From positions 640,001-704,000 of the forward strand of contig OZ252220.1 in the NCBI GenBank assembly GCA_965249135.1: 64,000 nucleotides of DNA, read 5' to 3'. The notes under the pieces are model-generated. The model did not search any database. It was given only the letters and a program-made list of their open reading frames with translations, and had not been told where the DNA came from. Source of the DNA: Alphaproteobacteria bacterium. Lineage in GTDB: Bacteria; Pseudomonadota; Alphaproteobacteria; GCA-2746255. Below are positions 23,369-33,915 of this stretch, in pieces. A program made the translations under genes and the position numbers. Position 1 is the first letter of the stretch. Every line of letters starts with the position of its first letter.

Positions 23369-23833
23369 TTGCCACGAAAGCCGCAAAAAACCTGGGTTTT
23401 GATCGCCGACGGCGCCCGCGCCCGCATCCTCAATCACGCCGGACCGGGGGCGACGCTCGAGCCGGTCCTGGAAGCGGCGAACATCAAGAGCCGCCTGCCC
23501 ACCCGGGAGTTGGGCTCGGACAAGCCGGGCCGGACCCAGGAAAGCATCGGTGACGGAAGCCGCCATGCGATGGCGCCGCGCGCCGACTGGCATGCGTTCG
23601 AAAAACACCTCTTCGCGAAGGAGGTGGCGAAAATCCTGGATCGAGGCGCCCAGGACAACGCCTTCGACCGTCTGGTGCTGGTCGCCCCGCCGAAGACCCT
23701 CGGCGAGCTGCGAAGCCTCTTGGGAAAGACAACACAAGCGCGCGTTTCGGCCGAGATCAACAAGGACCTCACCGGGATTCCTCTTCACGATCTTCCGGCA
23801 CACCTCGATGAGGCGCTGAAGACCCACCCTTGA
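23369..23833 (+). CDS. Host-attachment family protein (baeRF-like)
   Basis: TWVLIADGARARI, DKPGR, LVLVAPPKTLG and KDLT motifs; probable TTG start. Confidence 0.85.
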   Translation: MPRKPQKTWVLIADGARARILNHAGPGATLEPVLEAANIKSRLPTRELGSDKPGRTQESIGDGSRHAMAPRADWHAFEKHLFAKEVAKILDRGAQDNAFDRLVLVAPPKTLGELRSLLGKTTQARVSAEINKDLTGIPLHDLPAHLDEALKTHP

Positions 23834-24506
23834 ATCCTAGTGCAATTACATAGCTTTCCGCCGATTCGGGCCGGCTTGCGGCGGGTTTCGCGTGGCGCAC
23901 GGTGCGAAAGCGTTGCTTCATCCGATTTAAGAGCTCCCCTTCCGTCCCCCCCTTCAGCACCTTCGCCAGGAACGTTCCATTGGGAACCAGCACCGCTTCC
24001 GCAAAGGCAAAGGCCGCCTCGCAAAGGGCCGCCACCCGAAGGTGATCGGTCGCCGCATGGCCGGTCGCCGGTGACGCCATGTCCGAGAGCACGACGTCGG
24101 CCGGCCCCTCCAAGGCTTCCTGGATCCGCGCCGGCGCCTCCGGGCTTAGAATATCGAACTCAAGGATCGTCGCTCCTGCGATGGCCTCCATCGGTTTCAT
24201 ATCGACCGCGACGACCCGCCCCTTGGGGCCGACGCGATCTCTGGCCACCTGGGTCCAGCCACCGGGGGCGGCGCCCAGATCGATGACCCGTGTGCCGGGC
24301 GCAAGGAAATGGTAACGCTCGTCAAGTTCGATCAGCTTGAAGGCGGCGCGCGAACGCAACCCCCGGCGCTCGGCCTCGGCCACATAGGGATCGTTCAGTT
24401 GGCGTTGCAACCAGCGGGTCGAACCCGCCTTTCGTCCGCGGGCCGTATGCACCTTCGTGGCAAGCCGGCGCCTGCCCGACCCTGGTCCTTTGCGTCGTCC
24501 CACCAT
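23769..24506 (-). CDS. rlmE: 23S rRNA methyltransferase RlmE/FtsJ
   Basis: WLQRQLNDPY, RSRAAFKL, DLGAAPGGW and VLSDMA motifs. Confidence 0.95.
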   Translation of the reverse strand: MVGRRKGPGSGRRRLATKVHTARGRKAGSTRWLQRQLNDPYVAEAERRGLRSRAAFKLIELDERYHFLAPGTRVIDLGAAPGGWTQVARDRVGPKGRVVAVDMKPMEAIAGATILEFDILSPEAPARIQEALEGPADVVLSDMASPATGHAATDHLRVAALCEAAFAFAEAVLVPNGTFLAKVLKGGTEGELLNRMKQRFRTVRHAKPAASRPESAESYVIALGFKGGSSAPHRGVPEDREEESR

Positions 24507-24512
24507 GGCCGG

Positions 24513-25511
24513 TCAGGGCAACGGCTTCGAGCCGGGGCCTGAGCGCATCAGGTCTTTCAGGATCCCCTCCCGGATGCCACGGTCGGCCACGCGAAGCCCG
24601 GGCAGCGGCCAGGCCTCCCAGATCGCTTCCAGGATCGCGCAGCCCTGGATGACGAGATCGGCGCGGCCTTTGCCGATGCATGGATTCGCCACCCGTTCTT
24701 GAAGCGTCGTGGCCAAGAGGCGGACGACAAGTTCATCAAACGTCGCGCGTGCGAGATGGGACCCGTCCACCCGCGCCCGATCGTAGCGCTTGAGGTCAAG
24801 GGTGATGCTCGTAAGGGTCGTCGTCGTTCCGGAGGTACCCAGCATCTGCACCTCCCCCTTCGCGATGTGTCGTGCGATGCCATGGGTCACCTCGAAGTCG
24901 TTGAGCAGGGCGCCCACCTCCCGGACCATGCCGGCGTAAGTCTCAAGCGAGATGGATGCGCCGCCCTTCGCCTCGGCCAAGGTGACGACGCCGATGGGAA
25001 GCGAGACGAAACCCTCGATCCAGGCATCCCCCGAAGCCTCCGTCCGCACCCAGATCACTTCCGTGCTGCCGCCACCGATGTCGAAGACCAGCGCATGGCC
25101 TTCCTTCGCTTCGAGAAGGTCGCCGCATCCGGCAAGGGTAAGCGAGGCTTCCTCCTCCGGCGAGATGATTTCCAGCCGAAGGCCGGTCGCCTTGTGGACC
25201 CGATCCACGAAGGTGGCCCCGTTGCGCGCGCGGCGGCAAACCTCGGTGGCGACGCACCGCGCTTGGCCGACGCCACGCGCGCGAAGCTTCCGCGCACAGA
25301 TGTTAAGCGCGCCAATCGTTCGCCGGGTCGCCTTCTTCGTAAGTTGCCGATTGTCCGCAAACCCTTCGCCGAGACGCACGATCTTCGAAAACGAATCGAC
25401 GACGCGAAAGCCCTCTTCCTTGGGCTCGACGATTAACAGGCGGCAGTTGTTCGTGCCAAGATCGAGTGCCCCGAAACGGGGAACCCTTAACGTTTCCCCG
25501 ACCGGTTGCAT
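24513..25511 (-). CDS. Ppx/GppA phosphatase family protein
   Basis: ALDLGTNNCRL, FDIGGGSTE and GIREG motifs. Confidence 0.93.
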   Translation of the reverse strand: MQPVGETLRVPRFGALDLGTNNCRLLIVEPKEEGFRVVDSFSKIVRLGEGFADNRQLTKKATRRTIGALNICARKLRARGVGQARCVATEVCRRARNGATFVDRVHKATGLRLEIISPEEEASLTLAGCGDLLEAKEGHALVFDIGGGSTEVIWVRTEASGDAWIEGFVSLPIGVVTLAEAKGGASISLETYAGMVREVGALLNDFEVTHGIARHIAKGEVQMLGTSGTTTTLTSITLDLKRYDRARVDGSHLARATFDELVVRLLATTLQERVANPCIGKGRADLVIQGCAILEAIWEAWPLPGLRVADRGIREGILKDLMRSGPGSKPLP

Positions 25512-25689
25512 CGGCGACCCTTCCGTAGGATCGAATGGGTATAGGGCTCCCAGGACTTAGGCCCCCTCCTTGGCTGAAGCACTCATCCTATCCTGCCAAA
25601 CCCAGAGCCAAGGAAAAAGTCTTACCAAGCCAGGCCGGAGAGGTGTTCAAAAGTCCCAGCCCGTGCTAGAGAATCGGGCCCTTGACGCT

Positions 25690-25763
25690 TGGGGGATAGT
25701 TTAGCGGTAGAACTCTCGGCTCTGACCCGAGCGACCCTGGTTCGAATCCAGGTCCCCCAGCCA
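25690..25763 (+). tRNA. tRNA-Gln(CTG)
   Basis: Acceptor TGGGGGA/TCCCCCA, anticodon stem CTCGG/CCGAG with loop CT-CTG-AC, T arm CCTGG-TTCGAAT-CCAGG, encoded CCA. Confidence 0.96.
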
Positions 25764-25802
25764 GCCCTTCTCAACGAATTGTCTTCCTTCAGTTGGCTGG
25801 GC

Positions 25803-26618
25803 CTAGCCCACATCCCGGTCCAGGAACTCGCTCTTTGCATCCTCTTTACCGGTCTGCAGACGCTCCGTCTCTCGTTTCAGGACCCGGTGCGAACGCACGC
25901 TAAGCGGAATGCTGGCAAGGTAAAGGATGGCAAGCACCGAAAGCGTCGCCCAATATTCGCTGGCGACGAACGCCGCCACCAGACCGAAGAAAAGAAAGGT
26001 CGGCAGCACGTATTTATACGGCACCCGGAAATTCTTGAAGGAATAGGTTGGCACGCGGCTGACCATCAGGATCGAAACGCCAAGCAAGAGCAGGGCGGCC
26101 ACGAATGGGCGATCCAACTCCCAGCCCTCGAAGACGAAGCTCAGCATCATCGGAAGCAGGACAAGGGCAGCGGCGGCGGGCGAGGGCACACCGATAAAGA
26201 AATTGTAAGCCCATGGGGGACGGACTTCGTCGCTTCCGTTCTGTGTATTGAATCGCGCGAGCCTGAGCGCGCAACAGACCCCGTACAGCAACACGAGCGC
26301 CCAGCCAACCACCCCCCACTGCTGCATCGTCCAGAAGTAAAGCAGGATGGCGGGTGCTACCCCAAAGCTCAGAAAATCGGAAAGCGAATCCAACATCGCG
26401 CCGAACTCGCTCGTCGCATTCATGAGCCGCGCGATCCTGCCGTCCAGCCCATCGAAGATCGCCGCAACCAGAAGCGCGAAGACGGCAGGTTCCCAACGCT
26501 CTTGAAAACCGAAACGGATGGAGGTGAGACCGGCGCAAAGGGCAAGCACCGTAAGAATGCTCGGCACCATCCGGTTGAAGGAATATCCTTTCAGGCGATC
26601 TCGCTTTGCGCGAAGCAT
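25803..26618 (-). CDS. pssA: CDP-diacylglycerol--serine O-phosphatidyltransferase
   Basis: DGLDGRIAR..FGAMLDSLSD motif, RLARFN; next to psd. Confidence 0.9.
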   Translation of the reverse strand: MLRAKRDRLKGYSFNRMVPSILTVLALCAGLTSIRFGFQERWEPAVFALLVAAIFDGLDGRIARLMNATSEFGAMLDSLSDFLSFGVAPAILLYFWTMQQWGVVGWALVLLYGVCCALRLARFNTQNGSDEVRPPWAYNFFIGVPSPAAAALVLLPMMLSFVFEGWELDRPFVAALLLLGVSILMVSRVPTYSFKNFRVPYKYVLPTFLFFGLVAAFVASEYWATLSVLAILYLASIPLSVRSHRVLKRETERLQTGKEDAKSEFLDRDVG

Positions 26619-27320
26619 CTAGCGAACCTCTCCCAACCGTGCCGACTCGCCCGAGCGAAGGTCGGCAAGGACCGTTTCACCGCCAACTACCTTTTGCCCG
26701 ACAAGAACCAGCGAATTCGTGCTTTGTGGAAGATAAAGATCGACCCGACTTCCGAAACGAATAATCCCGAACCGTTCGCCGGTTTTGACCTGCTGATTGC
26801 GCTGCAAGTCGCATCGAATTCTCCGGGCAACAAGGCCGGCGATCTGGGCCAATCCGATGGCGTCCCCTTCCGCCGTCGTGACGCGAATGACCTGGCGTTC
26901 GTTAAATTCGCTTGCCTTGTCGAGGCTGGCATTGAAGAATTTTCCCGGCCGGTACGCAAGCCCCGTGATCGTGCCTGCGACCGGAACCCGGTTAACGTGC
27001 ACACTGAAAATATCAAGGAAGATGCTGATCCGCGTATGCATCTCCGCCGGTAATTCAAATTCCGGAGGCGGCATGATGGATTGGATGGCATGAACGATGC
27101 CGTCCGCCGGGCTCACCACCAGCCCCTCGCGCGTGGGTACCACCCGGTCGGGATCGCGAAAGAACCAGCCACACCATAGCGTGCAAACGAGCCCGACCCA
27201 GCCGAGGGGGGCATGGATGCTTCCAAGCAAAAAAGTTCCGACCGCGAAGGCGCCCAGAAAGGGCCATCCGTCACGGTGGATGCGCAGGCGATACATCTTC
27301 CAAATCTCGTGGGTCCACAT
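26619..27320 (-). CDS. psd: Phosphatidylserine decarboxylase
   Basis: FFRDPDR, SPADG, VHVNR and FGSRVD (self-cleavage) motifs. Confidence 0.93.
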   Translation of the reverse strand: MWTHEIWKMYRLRIHRDGWPFLGAFAVGTFLLGSIHAPLGWVGLVCTLWCGWFFRDPDRVVPTREGLVVSPADGIVHAIQSIMPPPEFELPAEMHTRISIFLDIFSVHVNRVPVAGTITGLAYRPGKFFNASLDKASEFNERQVIRVTTAEGDAIGLAQIAGLVARRIRCDLQRNQQVKTGERFGIIRFGSRVDLYLPQSTNSLVLVGQKVVGGETVLADLRSGESARLGEVR

Positions 27321-27444
27321 GGTATGCGCCGGAATTTTACCGATCGTTTGGCATGGGGAAAGGGATTTCCTCTGTTTGCGCACTAGTCCATAAGCATGGA
27401 AAGGCGGCAAATCGGCGGACTTTACGCTTTTTTAAACGATTTCC

Positions 27445-27978
27445 ATGAGAGTAGGGCAGATCGAAGGCAAACGATATTTGGCAATGTCTCCTCCTCACAC
27501 CGAAGATATGGCTTTTTCCCTGGAAGTGCTGGACGCGCAGGTGATTCCCATTGAACTGGGCGCGTCGCTGTTATCGGACAAGCGCCCATCCGCGAACGGC
27601 GACACCGCGAAGTCCCTTGAATTTGGTTTCCTATACCGGGATATCCCTTTCGGGGTGACGGCCCTTGCGCAAGGCTCTTCGTTTCACATGGTGCTTTCCG
27701 CTTATCTGGGCCTCATCCCCTACTCGGTCCAAGACCAGCCGTTGCGGGATGACATTGTTATGATTCTCGGCAGCGTCCCGTCACACAACCGTTTTCATTT
27801 CGAGGTCACGAACACCCAGCAGCTATTCCTGCAGGCGGAGCCAAGTTTGGAAATTCCGCACACCCCTATCCGCATCCTTGCCACCATCACGGCCTGTGTT
27901 CTCGAGGCGGATCTCTATCTGGATTGTTTGCTGGCGAAGCTTCGCGAGAGCGCGGCTCAGCTTGCCGCCGAAGGCTAA
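27445..27978 (+). CDS. Hypothetical protein
   Basis: 177-aa ORF filling the psd/fcl gap; no recognised motif. Confidence 0.55.
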   Translation: MRVGQIEGKRYLAMSPPHTEDMAFSLEVLDAQVIPIELGASLLSDKRPSANGDTAKSLEFGFLYRDIPFGVTALAQGSSFHMVLSAYLGLIPYSVQDQPLRDDIVMILGSVPSHNRFHFEVTNTQQLFLQAEPSLEIPHTPIRILATITACVLEADLYLDCLLAKLRESAAQLAAEG

Positions 27979-28946
27979 CTTTCCGTTTCCTTCAAGTACC
28001 ATTGATAGGTTTTACGCAAGCCCTCCTCCAGAGGTATCTTCGCCTGCCACCCCAATGCCTTGAGGCGTCGAACGTCCAAAAGCTTCCTGGGCGTTCCGTC
28101 CGGTTTGCTTGTGTCGTAGACGACGTCTCCTGAAAAGCCGACGACGTCGGCGATCCGTTTCGCCAAATCCGCGATCGTGACATCCTCACCCGTGCCAACA
28201 TTGATGTGTATCTTGTCGGAATAGACTTTCATCAGATGCACCAGCGCATCCGCCAGATCGTCGACGCAGAGAAACTCGCGGCGCGGCTTGCCGGTTCCCC
28301 ATATTTCGACGTTTGCGGCACCTTCGACCTTCGCCTTGTGCATCTTTGCGATCAACGCCGGAATGACGTGGCTCGAAAGAAGGTCGAAAGTATCGCCCTG
28401 GCCATAGAGGTTCGTCGGCATCACCGAGATGAAATCCGCGCCATGCTGGCGACGGTAGGCCTGCGCCATCTTGAGGCCCGCAATTTTTGCGACGGCGTAC
28501 CATTGATTCGTCGGTTCCAGCTGCCCCTCGAGCAGCGCTTCTTCCGGCATCGGCTGCGGGGCAAACTTCGGATAGATGCAGGAAGATCCAAGAAAAAGCA
28601 CCTTCTTCACGCCCACCTTGTAGGCAGTGTGCAGGACGTTCATTTCGATCGCAAGGTTGTCGTAGATGAAATCCGTCGGCCGCGTGTCGTTCGCCAAGAT
28701 GCCGCCGACATGCGCCGCGGCCATGAAAATCGCGTCCGGCTTCGCCTGTCCGAGCCAATCCTCGACCGCCGCCTGACGGATGAGGTCGAGATCGGCATGG
28801 GAAACGGTCAGGATCTCGCATTCTTCACCGGCCAGCCGGCGAACGATCGCCGAACCAACCATGCCGTGGTGACCCGCCACCCAAACCCGCCGTCCTTTCA
28901 GTGGAAAAGCTCGTCCGGTGCGGTCAATGCTTGCCCCTGGCGACAT
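27975..28946 (-). CDS. fcl: GDP-L-fucose synthase
   Basis: [29 protein letters not shown] and PTNLYG motifs. Confidence 0.95.
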   Translation of the reverse strand: MSPGASIDRTGRAFPLKGRRVWVAGHHGMVGSAIVRRLAGEECEILTVSHADLDLIRQAAVEDWLGQAKPDAIFMAAAHVGGILANDTRPTDFIYDNLAIEMNVLHTAYKVGVKKVLFLGSSCIYPKFAPQPMPEEALLEGQLEPTNQWYAVAKIAGLKMAQAYRRQHGADFISVMPTNLYGQGDTFDLLSSHVIPALIAKMHKAKVEGAANVEIWGTGKPRREFLCVDDLADALVHLMKVYSDKIHINVGTGEDVTIADLAKRIADVVGFSGDVVYDTSKPDGTPRKLLDVRRLKALGWQAKIPLEEGLRKTYQWYLKETES

Positions 28947-29975
28947 TTTCTAGATCGGATTCGACCATTTCACGCACCAGCTGCGGGAAACCGATCCGAT
29001 GCTTCCAGCCAAGCCTTTCACGCGCCTTGGTTGGATCGCCCAGCAGGCTCTCCACCTCCGCCGGCCGGAAATAGCGGGGATCGATTTCGACCAGAACGTC
29101 GCCGTTCTTGGCGTCCGTGCCTTTTTCATCCACGCCCTTGCCCTTCCATACGATCTCCCGGCCGATATGCTGGAAGGCGAGTTCGACGAATTCCCGCACG
29201 CTATGTTGCTCGCCGGTTGCGAGTACGTAATCGTCCGGTTCCGTCTGCTGCAGGATGCGCCACATGCCTTCCACGTAATCCTTGGCATGGCCCCAGTCGC
29301 GCTTCGCATCCAGATTGCCGAGAAACAGCCGATCCTGCAGCCCATGATGGATGGCGGCGACGGCGCGGGTGATTTTTCGGGTGACGAAGGTTTCCCCTCG
29401 CGTCGGCCCTTCATGGTTGAAGAGGATCCCGTTCGATGCGTGAAAACCGTAAGCCTCGCGGTAGTTCACCGTGACCCAGTACGCGTAAAGCTTCGCTGCC
29501 CCGTAGGGGCTTCGCGGATAAAAAGGCGTCGTTTCCGTCTGGGGGGTCTCGATGGCCTTTCCGTAAAGCTCGGACGTCGAGGCCTGATAGTAACGGGTCC
29601 GATTTTCTAACCTGAGTATCCGCATCGCCTCCAACAGGCGAAGGGCGCCCAAGGCATCCGTGTTTGCCGTGTATTCCGGGGTTTCGAAACTTACCTGGAC
29701 GTGACTCTGAGCAGCTAAGTTGTATATCTCCGTCGGCTGGGTTTCCTGAACGAGACGAATCAGGCTCGTCGCGTCCCCCATGTCGCCATAGTGCAAGGCG
29801 AAGCGCACGTCCCGCCCGTGCGGATCCTGGTAGAGGTGATCGACCCGCCCGGTATTGAAGGAGGAAGACCGCCGTTTCACGCCGTGGACGACGTACCCCT
29901 TCTCAAAAAGCAGTTCGGCCAGATAGGCGCCTCCTGTCCGGTCGCCCCGGTAATCAGTGCAATCTTGTCCGCCAT
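28924..29975 (-). pseudogene. gmd: GDP-mannose 4,6-dehydratase with a 1-bp frameshift near 29932
   Basis: ATG at 29975 gives [14 protein letters not shown]; restoring one base gives GQDGAYLA; [17 protein letters not shown] and GETFVTRKI follow. Confidence 0.9.
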
Positions 29976-30078
29976 GGCCCCCATTCCCATGGATTGGCAA
30001 GGTCTTCGCCCTGCCCTCCGTTAGCACGATTGCCCCGCATCGCGCCACGTTTTCCGTGTCGCCTTCCTTCATCCCGGC

Positions 30079-31448
30079 TTAGTCGTTTTTCCGTCCATAG
30101 TCGTCATCGAGACGAATGATGTCGTCCTCTCCAAGGTAGCTTCCCGATTGCACCTCGATCAGATGGAGCGGCTCCTCGCCGGCATTCTCCAGCCGGTGAA
30201 CGGTGCCCGGCGGGATGTAGGTCGATTCGTTTTTCCTAAGCAGAAAAGATTCCCCGCCTCGCGTCACGACCGCCGTGCCGCCCACGACAACCCAATGTTC
30301 GGCACGGTGACGGTGCTTCTGAAGGGAAAGTTTTTCGCCCGGCTTTACCGTGATTCGTTTTACCTGAAAGTGCTCACCCTGATCGATGGTTTCGAAACTG
30401 CCCCAAGGACGATACACCTTGGGATGCGATTCCGCCTCCCCGCGCCCTTCGGCCTTTAATTTCTCGACGATCGTCTTTACCTCTTGGGCACGATTGCGAT
30501 CGACGATAAGCACGGCATCGCTGGTGGCAATGACGACGATGTTCTCCACACCAAGGACTGCCACGAGCGGCCCTTCGCTTCGAAGGTAGGCGTTTTGAAC
30601 GTCCTTCGCGATCACGTCGCCGATTTTCACCGTGCCTTGCGCATCGGCCTTCTCAATCGCCTGCAAGGCCGTCCACGAGCCCACGTCGCTCCAACCCATG
30701 TCGGCGGGAACGACCACGGCGGCGGGCGTGTGCTCCATGACCGCATAATCGATGGAGATGGACGGCGATGCTTCGAATGCTTGCCTATCCAGCCTCAGAA
30801 ATCGAGGTCCGTGCTGGCGCCCTCGACGGCGGCCTGTGCCGCGGTGACGATCGCCGGCTGCAGGCGGTCGAGCTCCTCAAGGTAGCGATCGGCGCGGAAA
30901 AGAAACATGCCGCTGTTCCAGTACCTGTCCCCTGCCTCGATGAATTTTTCGGCGGTGGCAAGGTCCGGTTTTTCGACGAATCGGGAAACCTCAAAACAAC
31001 CCTTCGCCTCCTTCGATGGACTGCCACGCTGGATATAGCCATAGCCGGTCTCCGGCGCGGTCGGAACGATGCCGAAGGTGACGAGGCTGCCGGTCGCAGC
31101 CGCCGCCTTCCCGGTCGTGACCGCCGCAAGAAAGCGCTTCGGATCGCGAACCACGTGATCGGATGGAAGCACAAGAAGCAGCGTGCCCGGGTCCTGCTTC
31201 TTCGCGAGACAGGCCGCCACCGCCACGGCGGGTGCCGTGTTGCGCCCGTCTGGTTCCAGCACGAGCCGTGCCGGTTGGACGCCGACCAACTTTAGCTGCT
31301 CGGTGATCATGAAACGGTGGGCATCGTTGCTGATCACCAGCGGTGGCGCAAAAATCTTTTCATCGGCCACCCTTAGCGCCGTTTCCTGCAGCAGGCTGTG
31401 CTCACCCACCAGCGGATAAAGCTGTTTCGGATAAAGGGCCCTGGAAAG
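30079..31448 (-). pseudogene. manC: Mannose-1-phosphate guanylyltransferase/mannose-6-phosphate isomerase, 3' part; IS-interrupted and frameshifted near 30798
   Basis: YPKQ, GRNTAPA, PSDH, FVEKP, WNSGMF, SIDYAVME, GWSDVGSW and the cupin RPWG..HRAEHW motifs. Confidence 0.92.
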
Positions 31449-31537
31449 GGGAGATATCACCTTGACTGAACAACGTGTCTGGCGGCATGATACCGTCTTT
31501 GATGCCCTACGGGATACCGGCGAGGGCAACGAGGGGT

Positions 31538-33712
31538 ATGTCATGGATCACGTCACGATCCAGCCTGAAGAACTGCTATGGAATAAAGGACCTCCAAAAG
31601 GACTTCGATTTTTCGAAGACGCGCGCCTATGCCCTATACGCGCCCAACGGTGTGATGAAGTCGTCTTTGGCCCAGACATTCCAAGACGCCGCTGATGACA
31701 AGGATTCTGAAGATCGTATCTTCAAAACGCGCAAGACTGTACGGAAGATCACAGACGAAGCGCGCCAGGACGTGGGCGGGTATCGCATACTGGTGGTGGC
31801 CCCTTATGACGAGCATCTCGGCCTCACGGAACAAACGTCTACTCTGCTTCTAGAACCAAGACTGAAGAAGGAGTTTGACGAATTGCTCCGCGCCACTGAA
31901 GAGGCCAAGGTGGCTCTTCTCAAGGCAATTCAAGCTCAATCGGGTTCCAAGAAGGATCTGGAAGTCGAGATATCGTCTGCGATCATGCCCACTAGCGTCG
32001 AGTTCGATGCCGCACTAATTCGCATAAAGAGGGAAGTGGAAGAGCAAAAGGACAGTCTATTTGCTTCGGTTGAGTACGACACGATTTTTAATGAAAAGGT
32101 GCTGTCGGCGCTTAACACGAAAGACCTAAAGAATGTCATTGAGGACTATGTCAGGCGGTACAACGACCTTCTTGCCGGGTCGACATACTTCAAGAGGGGA
32201 ACGTTTGACTACTACAACGCCGGCCAGATAGCGAAGAGTCTTGCTGACAATGGGTTTTTCGATGCAAAACACACGGTCAGCTTGAACGCCGATTCCGGAA
32301 ACCAAGAAATCACAAATCAGAAAGACCTTGAGGCCGTAATCGAAAAAGAGAAGAAGGAAATCCTTACCGACGAAGCGCTTCGTAAGAACTTTGAAGACGT
32401 GGCAAAGCAACTACAGAGGAACGCGGAATTGAGGGCATTCTGCGAGTACGTCCAAGACGACGAGGCCATTCTTTCTCGGCTGAATAATCCAGAGAAATTA
32501 AAGCAAGACGTTCTAAAATCTTATCTTAAGGTTAACGAGAACTTGTACACCGACTGGATTGCGAAGTACGACGCGGCAGCGCAGCGCCGCAAGGAACTTG
32601 AGGTCGAGGCGCGCGAGAAGCGCACTCAGTGGGAAAGGGTCATAGATATATTTAACGATCGGTTCGTTGTTCCATTCAGATTGGAAGCAAGGAACAAGGC
32701 AGAAGTCAGTCTTGGCCAAACATCGATCATCGATCTTGGCTTCACTTATGTGGACGGCGCAGACACGATAGAAGTGGAAAGGACCTTGCTTTTAAAGTCG
32801 TTGAGCATGGGTGAGAGAAAGGCGCTGTATGTTCTGAACGTGATCTTTGAAATTGAGACTCGGATCAAAAGCCAGCAGGAAACACTTATTGTAGTCGACG
32901 ATATTGCGGACTCTTTTGATTATCAAAACAAGTACGCAATCATCCAATATCTTAAAGATATAAGTGACGATGGCCTATTCAAACTGCTGATTATGACGCA
33001 TAACTTCGATTTTTTCCGCACTTTGAATAGCGGATTTATCGGTTATTCAAATTGTCTGATGGCCTCCAAAAACGAAGGAGGAATAATGCTCGCCCAAGCA
33101 GTCGGGATTAAGAATGTTTTCGCGAACGATTGGAAAGGTAATTTTTTTACTGATGCTAAAAAGAAGATCGCCTCAATCCCGTTCCTACGAAATATTGTCG
33201 AAATGACAATCGGCGAGGCTGATCCGAATTACCAAGCCCTTACGGCTATGCTGCATTGGAAGGTGGGGTCGGACGCGATTACGGTAGGTCAGTTGGACGA
33301 CATAAATAACTCAATCTGCAAGACAGGTGGGGCTTCGGCAGATCCAGCAAAGTTGATTTGCCAGCTAGTGGCGGAAGAAGCCGAAGCGTGTTTGGGCGTG
33401 CAAGCGGGCATGAACCTTGAGAATAAGATTGTTCTCGCCATTGCCATACGAGTGGAAACGGAACGGTTCATGATCGATCGCATTTCCGATCCTGCATTTG
33501 TGGCGGAGATTACCGCCAACCAAATGCAGGTCTTAATCACGAAATTCAAGAAACTTTTCCCCGACGATCAAGAAACCTTCACAACGCTGGATCAGGTTGC
33601 GCTGATGACGCCGGAGAATATCCATGTGAATTCGTTTATGTACGAGCCCATTGTAGATATGTCGGACGATCACCTACGTAAGTTGTACGGAAAGGTAAAG
33701 GCATTGCAATGA
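31538..33712 (+). CDS. ABC/SMC-type ATPase with coiled-coil insert and possible HEPN-like C-terminus (RloC/PrrC-like); IS passenger
   Basis: Walker A variant YAPNGVMKSS, signature LSMGE, Walker B/D-loop IVVDDIADSFD, H-loop MTHNFDF; more AT-rich than its neighbours; start codon uncertain. Confidence 0.75.
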   Translation: MSWITSRSSLKNCYGIKDLQKDFDFSKTRAYALYAPNGVMKSSLAQTFQDAADDKDSEDRIFKTRKTVRKITDEARQDVGGYRILVVAPYDEHLGLTEQTSTLLLEPRLKKEFDELLRATEEAKVALLKAIQAQSGSKKDLEVEISSAIMPTSVEFDAALIRIKREVEEQKDSLFASVEYDTIFNEKVLSALNTKDLKNVIEDYVRRYNDLLAGSTYFKRGTFDYYNAGQIAKSLADNGFFDAKHTVSLNADSGNQEITNQKDLEAVIEKEKKEILTDEALRKNFEDVAKQLQRNAELRAFCEYVQDDEAILSRLNNPEKLKQDVLKSYLKVNENLYTDWIAKYDAAAQRRKELEVEAREKRTQWERVIDIFNDRFVVPFRLEARNKAEVSLGQTSIIDLGFTYVDGADTIEVERTLLLKSLSMGERKALYVLNVIFEIETRIKSQQETLIVVDDIADSFDYQNKYAIIQYLKDISDDGLFKLLIMTHNFDFFRTLNSGFIGYSNCLMASKNEGGIMLAQAVGIKNVFANDWKGNFFTDAKKKIASIPFLRNIVEMTIGEADPNYQALTAMLHWKVGSDAITVGQLDDINNSICKTGGASADPAKLICQLVAEEAEACLGVQAGMNLENKIVLAIAIRVETERFMIDRISDPAFVAEITANQMQVLITKFKKLFPDDQETFTTLDQVALMTPENIHVNSFMYEPIVDMSDDHLRKLYGKVKALQ

Positions 33713-33915
33713 ATCAAGGAAAACTTAAGAGCCAAGACGCGGACGAAGAGTTTGACGCTGAGGAAACTGCGCATCGCCGTGACGAGGTTATCCGCAGAAT
33801 GGCGAATACGCCGCCGCAACCTCGCAAGAAACCTACTCGCTCCCGTCAAGGAATGAGAACGTCAACTGCCGCGAATCGGGTAGCTCGTAAGAATACCAGC
33901 GATAAGGAATCTTAG
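33709..33915 (+). CDS. Small hypothetical protein inside the IS element
   Basis: ATGA overlap with the ATPase stop; RRDEVIRRMANTPPQP. Confidence 0.5.
   Translation: MNQGKLKSQDADEEFDAEETAHRRDEVIRRMANTPPQPRKKPTRSRQGMRTSTAANRVARKNTSDKES

Noticed and set aside
25690-25800. tRNA-Gln as an island integration site
   Set aside because: Flanked by core genes; no integrase and no duplicated 3' end seen
29976-30072. N-terminal extension of gmd in the ORF track
   Set aside because: Artefact of the frameshift; the true start is 29975
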